Part shown: positions 30,186 through 32,000 of the stretch, piece after piece
How positions within the stretch are numbered: position 1 is the first letter of the stretch
Layout of the letters: each line of letters opens with the position of its first letter
NCBI RefSeq assembly: GCF_000195855.1
Contig: NC_002677.1
Span: 480,001-512,000, forward strand
Origin: Mycobacterium leprae TN
GTDB lineage: Bacteria > Actinomycetota > Actinomycetes > Mycobacteriales > Mycobacteriaceae
Length of the DNA: 32,000 nucleotides
Reading direction: 5' to 3'
Made by a program: the position numbers and the translations under genes
Notes under the pieces: generated by a model
Database searches by the model: none
What the model was told of the DNA's origin: nothing
Seen by the model: the letters and a program-made list of their open reading frames with translations, nothing else

Positions 30186-30220
30186 GAGCACGAAGCCCAC
30201 ATCTTGTGGGCTTCGTGCTC
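30186..30220. terminator. Perfect 15-bp stem / 5-nt loop hairpin ~200 bp downstream of the PPE gene (candidate tail-less intrinsic terminator)
   Basis: GAGCACGAAGCCCAC-ATCTT-GTGGGCTTCGTGCTC, read directly. There is no clear U-tract; only TTT at 30226-30228. Confidence 0.4.
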
Positions 30221-30365
30221 CAAGCTTTGAGCATGCATCTCAAAACCACTTGCCAAATTGAGTTGCACTTAGGACTCTAAAATGTTTCGTGCGTACATGA
30301 TGAACCAGGTTACGTAGATTCGAGTGCTTTTATTATAGCTTTTCACGTCTTTTCGATAGCGGAGA

Positions 30366-30990
30366 TCAGGTTACGTTTCGGATGCTGTGCCAGTCCACCA
30401 GCTTCCAACTGTTAATTGGGCTCCTGGTGATCATCACCCGGCCGATGTTCGGTAAGGGATGGCTGATCAACAGCTTGTCTTTACCGTTCTTCACGTTCAT
30501 CAGCGTCCAGACCATGATCGCCGCACCCTATGACCCTATGAGGAGAAACACACTTGCTTGTGGTGGCCGCTGTTTGTAGATTCTCCAAGTGGCGGCACGG
30601 AACGCAGAATTGAAATTCTTGCCGTTAGGTCGATCCCGGAATGCCGTTCTGGACATCACTGTTAATATCCAATCTGCCGGCACCAGTAAATACGTTGAGT
30701 TTGGTTATTGTCTTGGGTTTTGTCGTTGTACCAGCCGGCGTCGATAAACTGTAGGCTACTTAGGATCTCGACCGGCTTACCGAGCTAGCTGGCCAACGGT
30801 GCGGCGGTTTTCTGGGCTTGTTCTTTGCTATCCGGGGTAAGGCTGGGACTGGGTATGTCCGGTGGCGATGACCCTGTTTGCGTTATCCATAGGATTAGGC
30901 GTTTCGGATAAAGGTAAACATGATGCTGCGTGCATGTGTTGTTCCGCCGCAGGCTTCGACGATTACCGTTGTGTCCAGCACGGTCGGCAT
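30366..30990 (-). pseudogene. lpqD: Lipoprotein LpqD (histidine-phosphatase/PGM-like, Rv3390-like) remnant
   Basis: Fragments in shifting frames: VEACGGTTHARSIMFTFIRNA* (lipobox region); NSTYLLVPADW; FNSAFRAA..RIY; GAAIMVWTLMNVKNGKDKLLISHPLPNIGRVMITRSPINSWKLVDWHSIRNVT*. These match my recollection of Mtb LpqD. In-frame stops are present. It is divergent from the htdY remnant, as in Mtb. Confidence 0.55.
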
Positions 30991-31114
30991 GTTTTCCAGA
31001 TCATGGTGCGGTTGAGTGTGGCAATAGTCTGCTTTGGACTGACCGTGTCAATGTGTTTTGCGATGGTTAGATGCAGAAAAGATGGAGGCTTGAATATTTC
31101 CCTTTAAGGGAGAC

Positions 31115-32000
31115 TCGTATAGCAAAAGACCTGCTGCCATCGGCGTGGTGACGGAGCCAATGCTGACCGAACTGACGAACCAAAATACCATAACTGTATG
31201 CTCTCGGCGTCGATGTTGGAATCGAGAATCTGTCCTTCATCACAGATAACAGTCACGACATCACCTCAGCAGGTATTTTCCACCTAATGTTGTGATTTGT
31301 TGTCTGGCGTTCGGGGTGGCGACAAAGATCGGAAAGTTTAACAAATGAGCCTTGCGTCTTACACAGATCACAGGCCATCCGGTTACATACGCCGTTGCCG
31401 GCCGCCGGAAGGCTGTCGGTGGATCACCGTAGGTCGTTGAGCTGCAGGGACAAGGGCGAGGAGCAGGAACCCGATCGTTGTGTTGTGTGGCCGCGATACG
31501 GGCCCGGAATCTGGGATGCTGAATCGCTAATACGCGGACCACGCTGGTCATCTAGGGTTTGGGGGAGTGTTGGGGCAACGGCCGGCGGCACCGGATTTTC
31601 TGGATCGTGAGTGCGACGCTCGAATCGTGCTGTCCACTTGTGAAGATTAGGCGTTGATTTACCTCCTTATCTGATGACCGTAATCCGTTGTTTATAGTGA
31701 TCCGTGGTTTGCCTGAGAGGATTAGCCGGGTTTCTCAAGCCGATCCTGTACGTATTGTCCCGTTACGGTGTACCGGGCCGAGCGTTGGTCGTCGAGTTGG
31801 GTAAAGGTTTGGCGCCTAATATCAGCTCGATTTACCTCACCGGTGTTTCCCGGCGAGACGCTGACCACCTTGATTTGGAGAACCGAGCCAGGGCGGACGG
31901 TGTTTCGTACTGAGGTCGTTGGCTTTGGCGGCGACGAAATGCGGGTGGTGCTGAAAGACGGGGCGGTTGGAGTACCTGCCGGCCTAGCGTTGAGTGTCAC
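31115..32000 (+). pseudogene. htdY: MaoC-like double-hotdog (3R)-hydroxyacyl dehydratase HtdY (Rv3389c-like) remnant; runs off the window end
   Basis: AAIGVVTEPML; VVICCLAFGVATKIGKFN; LSDDRNPL; AGFLKPILYVLSRYGVPGRALVVELGKG; ARFTSPVFPGETLTTLIWRTEPGRTVFRTEVVGFGGDEMRVVLKDGAV. These lie in at least four frames with stops, and no start codon remains. Confidence 0.65.

Overview
The window is most consistent with the Mycobacterium leprae chromosome or a very close relative, in the guaB2-guaB3-choD ... guaA region. Support is GC-rich actinobacterial coding, translations near-identical by eye to M. tuberculosis (Mtb) orthologues as I recall them, a very high pseudogene density, and the serine-rich PPE antigen. 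All homology calls come from reading the translations and from memory; no search was run. I count 15 intact genes: an Rv3412-like gene, guaB2, guaB3, choD, a GH65 glycoside phosphorylase with beta-phosphoglucomutase, guaA, ino1, a PAS-GGDEF::ABC-permease fusion, an RbsB-like sugar-binding lipoprotein, espA-espC-espD, and a PE/PPE pair. I count about 12 decayed units: a TauD/AtsK-like dioxygenase, a TetR regulator, a SAM methyltransferase, imuA', imuB, a cutinase, iunH, a cmaA1-like mycolate methyltransferase, lpqD, htdY, and an IS3-family element apparently nested inside an IS256/IS1081-like transposase gene. I recognised no rRNA, tRNA or CRISPR. The strongest novelty candidate is the cluster at 13.9-17.1 kb. 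It has a solute-binding lipoprotein and an ABC permease whose cytoplasmic N-terminus is a catalytically intact-looking PAS-GGDEF diguanylate cyclase. It has no ABC ATPase and sits directly upstream of ino1. Second-tier observations are a ~22% GC block immediately upstream of espA, a perfect 19-bp hairpin between espC and espD, and a perfect 20-bp palindrome at a dead TetR/dioxygenase divergon. Downstream of guaA, every Mtb-syntenic gene is dead, while the intact genes all lie in the non-syntenic blocks.
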